A stretch of 64,000 nt of DNA. Source: Actinomycetales bacterium. Lineage in GTDB: Bacteria > Actinomycetota > Actinomycetes > Actinomycetales > CAVURS01. The DNA is taken from NCBI GenBank assembly GCA_045807245.1, contig JBJMHS010000030.1, positions 1 through 64,000 of the forward strand, read 5' to 3'. Below, piece after piece: positions 60,901 to 64,000 of the stretch. Every line of letters begins with the position of its first letter. The first letter of the stretch is position 1. A program made the translations under genes and the position numbers. The notes beneath the pieces are model-generated. The model was given only the letters and a program-made list of their open reading frames with translations, did not search any database and had not been told where the DNA came from.

Positions 60901-63900
60901 CGGCGTCCCGGCCGTGGACTGTCCCGGCAACTCGACCGTCTCCGGCGAGGGCGACGACCTGTCCACAACTGGGGCGGCGACCGACCGGGCCGGCAACCAA
61001 GGCACAGGCATCGTGGCCGGCCTTCAGATCGATCGGACGGCTCCCACGACCGCCATCTCGGCACCGTCGGGTTGGACCAACACGGACGCCACCGTCAGCT
61101 TGTCGGCGACCGACAACCTGTCCGGTGTCGCAGCCATCCACTACACGGTCGACGGCGGTGCCGTGCAGACCGGCGACGAGATCGTGCTCTCCGCCGAGGG
61201 TGTCTACGACCTGGACGTCTGGAGCGTCGACACCGCCGGTAACGCTGAGCCGCACCAGGCAGCCATCGTCCGGATCGACAAGAGCGCGCCCACGATCACC
61301 CACGTCCAGGAGCCGGCCGCCAACGACAACGGCTGGAACAACACCGACGTCCGCATCGTGTTCAGCTGCAACGACACTGGGGGCTCAGGCGTCAAGGAGT
61401 GCACGGACGCGATCACCGAGACGCACGAGGGCCGGAACCAGCCCGAGCCCGGCACGGCGGTCGACAACGCCGGCAACGTGACGACCGACCCGGCGACGGT
61501 CAGCATCGACAAGAGCGCACCGACGATCGACGCGACGGCGGACCGACCCGCCAACGACAACGGTTGGTATCGCGCGGGCGTCTCGGTGACCTACACCTGC
61601 GCTGACCAGGTCGGTCTGTCCGGCATCGCCGACTGCTCCTCGCCCACCACGATCGGCGAGGGCGCGGCGCAGTCGGCCTCCGGCACAGCGGTTGACGCTG
61701 CCGGCAACCACGCATCGACGACGCTGAGCGGCATCGACGTCGATGAGACGCCGCCTACCCTGCATGGCGCGGCCACGACCGAACCCAACGACGCGCACTG
61801 GTACAACCACGATGTCTCGGTGGCGTGGACCTGCGCCGACGTCCTGTCGGGGATCGACGGCTCGTGCCCGGCGGACTCGACGGTGACGGGCGAGGCCCAG
61901 GACCTGGGCGCGTCCACTCAGGTCGCGGACCTCGCCGGCAACGTGACGACGGCAACGGTCGGCGGCATCGCCATCGACCGGACCGCGCCGGTGACGTCCG
62001 CCGTACTTCCTCCGGTGGACAGCGACAACGGGTGGTACCGGTCCGGCCCCACGGTCTCGCTCGTCGCCACCGACACACTGTCCGGGACCGCGTCAACGTT
62101 CTACGCCGTCGACGAGGGGGCAGCGCAGCGCTACACGGGTCCGTTCACGGTTGGCGCTGAGGGCGTCCACTCACTGACCTTCTGGAGCACGGACCGGGCC
62201 GACAACAGCGAGGACCGCACCGGAGCGGGCAACACGGTGGTCGTTCGGGTGGACACGACGGCACCTTCGATCAACGGGTCCCGGCTGCCGGCGCCGAACG
62301 CTCAGGGGTGGAACAACGAGCCGGTGCTGGCAACCTTCACCTGCTCGGACTCCGGCGGCTCCGGTGTCGACACATGCACTGCCCCGGTGACGGTGTCCGG
62401 CCAGGCCGCCGGCCAGTCGGCGACAGGCACGGCCACCGACAAGGTCGGCAACACGAGCACGACGTCGGTCGGTGGCATCAACATCGACCTCACCAACCCG
62501 GTGCTGTCCGGCGCGGCCACCACCGCGCCGAACGCGGACGGCTGGTACCGCTCCGACGTCTCCGTGTCGTGGACGTGCTCCGACGCCCTTTCCGGCATCC
62601 TCGGTGCCTCCTGCCCCGCGACCACGGTGCTTTCAGGCGAGGGCGACAACCTGTCGGCCTGGCAGAGCGCGACTGACAACGCGGGCAACACGACGGCGGC
62701 TGCGGTCGACGGGCTCCGCATCGACCGCCACGCCCCGATCACGACCGTGAGCGCCCCGTCCGACTGGCAGAGGACGGGCGTCGCGCTCGACGTCCAAGCG
62801 ACCGACAACCTCTCTGGGGTCAAGGCGACGTACTTCACGATCAACGGTGGTGCGCCCCAGAAGGGCAACAAGATCGAGCTCTCCGCAGACGGGACCTACG
62901 CCCTGACCTTCTGGAGCATCGACCGGGCGGACAACGAGGGGACGCACGGGTCGACCACGGTGAAGGTCGACCAGACGGCACCGAGCATCAGCCACACAGT
63001 GACGCCCGAGCCGAACGAGGACCTCTGGAACAACACCGACGCGACAGTGCACTTCCTGTGCGACGACGGGACATCCGGCGTCCAGAGCTGCACGGACGAC
63101 CACGTCGTCACCGCCGAGGCCGCGAACCAGAAGGTGACCGGCACCGCCGTCGACCAGGCCGGCAACTCGGCCACCGACACGGCAACGCTGAACGTGGACA
63201 AGACCCGCCCGACGATCGCCGGTGCGGCCGATCGCTCACCGAACGCGAACGGCTGGTACGACCAGGCCGTCACGGTCAGCTTCACCTGCGCCGACAACCT
63301 CTCGGGTGTGGCCGACTGCGGCAAGGAGGTCATCCTCGCGGAAGGTCACGAACAGTCGGCGTCGGGCGCAGCGTCCGACAAGGCCGGCAACGACGCGGCG
63401 ACGAGCGTCGACGGCATCAACGTCGACACGACCACCCCGTCGCTCTCCGGGGCTGTGACCAGCCCGAACAGCGGTGGCAGCTTCCACAACGGAGACGTCA
63501 AGGTGCACTGGTCCTGCGCGGACGCGCTGTCCGGCATCGAGGGCAGCTGCCCGGCGGACAGCGTCGTGTCGGGCGAGGGCCTCAACCTGACGGCCATCGC
63601 GGCCGTCACTGACAAGGCCGGCAACACCCGGACGACCACCGTCGGCGGGATCAGCATCGACCGCACTGCCCCTGCCACGGCGCTCAGCGCACCCGACCCG
63701 ACGTACCCCTCGGGTTGGTACGCCGCACCGGTCACCGTGACCCTGTCGGCGAGCGACAACCTCTCCGGTGTCGAGCGCACGCTCTACACGATCGACGGCG
63801 GCGCGGCGAAGACCTACGACGCACCGTTCGTCGTCGGCAAGGGCGTCCACACCGTGTCCTTCTGGAGTGCCGACGTGGCGGGCAACGTCGAGGACAGCAG

Positions 63901-64000
63901 CACTGGGCACCGGATGACGTTCAAGGTGGACAACCTGGCGCCGTCCATCGACGGAGCGGCCACGACGACGCCGAACCGGAACGGCTGGTACGCCGGGCCG
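57920..64000 (+). CDS. Giant secreted Ig-like repeat protein (putative adhesin/surface protein), 3'-truncated, at least 2027 aa
   Basis: RBS ggagg and ATG 57920. Signal peptide MKKTPIRPRRVLATIAS...SASA. Same frame is still coding at 64000. About 24 repeats of ~80 aa: NxxGW..V.V...C.D..SG...D.AGN...ID.T.P. Confidence 0.88.
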   Translation, partial: MKKTPIRPRRVLATIASASLVLTTILLGLGVLSASANTVLSVTVTGGPGTYTDPTYGVYARSGQSATFTANTDSTTACVVVTTGSTTLASLTVTSLKATYQLTAGAGNGMQALTFTPFRNMNNGNCSGAGQVSAKTATYVLDNTGPTLTPGLDPAANPAGWNRTNTTVTWTATDPSADTSTPGSGVPTQPTASTTYTQSGIVALTAPSGVVDRVGNVGTGSGTLRLDKAAPTITGSRTPAPNGFGWNNTPVTTSFACSDNPAVDASGLASPGCPAAVVVGSSTDPAQDVTGGSVSRSVLDVAGNSSTSTVSGLNVDTVRPTLSGSTTTAPNSAGWFKGDVTIQWTASDARSGVDPVTVPGDSVISSEGTSLTASASVSDQAGNTRSATSTGVSIDRTAPVTGVSGPSNAWSNGTVTVNLSPVDALSGVASTTYAVDGGAPQTGTSFSLATEGDHTVTYFSTDQAGNAEAARTAHVKIDKTAPTITHSFAPLSYDGGWTNAAKVTVTFVCSDDASGVASCTPSAELAAEGGNQHVHGVATDQAGNSASDDATVNIDRTPPTISAAADRAANGNGWYDGDVRVSFACADQAGLSGIGVCAATKVLGEGEHQSADGTATDNAGNSATASLTGIDVDKTPPSLSGAATTQPNSKGWYDNSVVVQWSCSDALSGIDGSCPADSTVSGEGSDLQATETVSDRAGNSRTASAPGIRIDTIPPVTIASVSDPLATGWYADKAHVALTGHDNLSGLDRTFYSVDAGPAQAYAGAFDFSTPGVHSITFWSRDEAGNLEDATGSGHVLTLRIDGIPPTITGSHEPAPNAAGWNNTDVTVSFDCSDAESGVAGCEGGTTLKSDGANQYVTGLATDHGGNSSTAMVGPVNVDRTPPVLTGAATTSPNQNGWYKGDVTVRWTATDATSGVDEGTVPADTTVGGEGEDLTAGPVSVQDVAGNVASNQVAHLKIDRTAPVVTGTPTTSPNAAGWYRDEVSVAWTCSDAGSGVPAVDCPGNSTVSGEGDDLSTTGAATDRAGNQGTGIVAGLQIDRTAPTTAISAPSGWTNTDATVSLSATDNLSGVAAIHYTVDGGAVQTGDEIVLSAEGVYDLDVWSVDTAGNAEPHQAAIVRIDKSAPTITHVQEPAANDNGWNNTDVRIVFSCNDTGGSGVKECTDAITETHEGRNQPEPGTAVDNAGNVTTDPATVSIDKSAPTIDATADRPANDNGWYRAGVSVTYTCADQVGLSGIADCSSPTTIGEGAAQSASGTAVDAAGNHASTTLSGIDVDETPPTLHGAATTEPNDAHWYNHDVSVAWTCADVLSGIDGSCPADSTVTGEAQDLGASTQVADLAGNVTTATVGGIAIDRTAPVTSAVLPPVDSDNGWYRSGPTVSLVATDTLSGTASTFYAVDEGAAQRYTGPFTVGAEGVHSLTFWSTDRADNSEDRTGAGNTVVVRVDTTAPSINGSRLPAPNAQGWNNEPVLATFTCSDSGGSGVDTCTAPVTVSGQAAGQSATGTATDKVGNTSTTSVGGINIDLTNPVLSGAATTAPNADGWYRSDVSVSWTCSDALSGILGASCPATTVLSGEGDNLSAWQSATDNAGNTTAAAVDGLRIDRHAPITTVSAPSDWQRTGVALDVQATDNLSGVKATYFTINGGAPQKGNKIELSADGTYALTFWSIDRADNEGTHGSTTVKVDQTAPSISHTVTPEPNEDLWNNTDATVHFLCDDGTSGVQSCTDDHVVTAEAANQKVTGTAVDQAGNSATDTATLNVDKTRPTIAGAADRSPNANGWYDQAVTVSFTCADNLSGVADCGKEVILAEGHEQSASGAASDKAGNDAATSVDGINVDTTTPSLSGAVTSPNSGGSFHNGDVKVHWSCADALSGIEGSCPADSVVSGEGLNLTAIAAVTDKAGNTRTTTVGGISIDRTAPATALSAPDPTYPSGWYAAPVTVTLSASDNLSGVERTLYTIDGGAAKTYDAPFVVGKGVHTVSFWSADVAGNVEDSSTGHRMTFKVDNLAPSIDGAATTTPNRNGWYAGP

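Noticed and set aside
58380..64000. Recurring DNA motifs (gccggcaac, atcgaccg, ggctggtac) as CRISPR or non-coding repeats
   Set aside because: They are in-frame codons of protein repeats. There are no identical direct repeats with spacers and no cas genes.

Overview
High-GC (~70%) actinobacterial chromosomal DNA with about 49 genes. I saw no RNA genes, CRISPR arrays or mobile elements. The window has four blocks. (1) 1.6-8.1 kb: an operon of Rieske-FMN glutamate-synthase-like protein, Rieske-TPP enzyme, CPA2 antiporter, ECF sigma factor and zinc-finger anti-sigma. It sits divergent from a DUF5996-like gene, with two mirror-image ECF-type promoter motifs (TGTAAC-N16-RGCACT) between them. (2) 9.3-15.9 kb: an FAD/Fe-S oxidoreductase, TPP enzyme and enolase-superfamily operon divergent from a MarR regulator. 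(3) ~16.9-55.5 kb: a physically clustered DosR/DevR-type hypoxia regulon. It holds devR- and devS-like genes, cydABDC, phosphoketolase plus acetate kinase, a Pat-type acetyltransferase, MgtA-like and CtpF-like P-type ATPases, 3 USP genes, 2 CBS genes and 5 PNPOx-like domains. About 14 promoters carry a Dev-box-like palindrome, and 11 of them have a -10 hexamer exactly 23 nt downstream. Two genes in this block are frameshifted. (4) 55.6-64 kb: a lower-GC Tat-exported PHP-family hydrolase and a >2000-aa secreted Ig-like repeat protein with a 7-domain super-repeat. The repeat protein is absent from the ORF track because it runs off the window. All calls come from visual motif recognition; no database searches were run.
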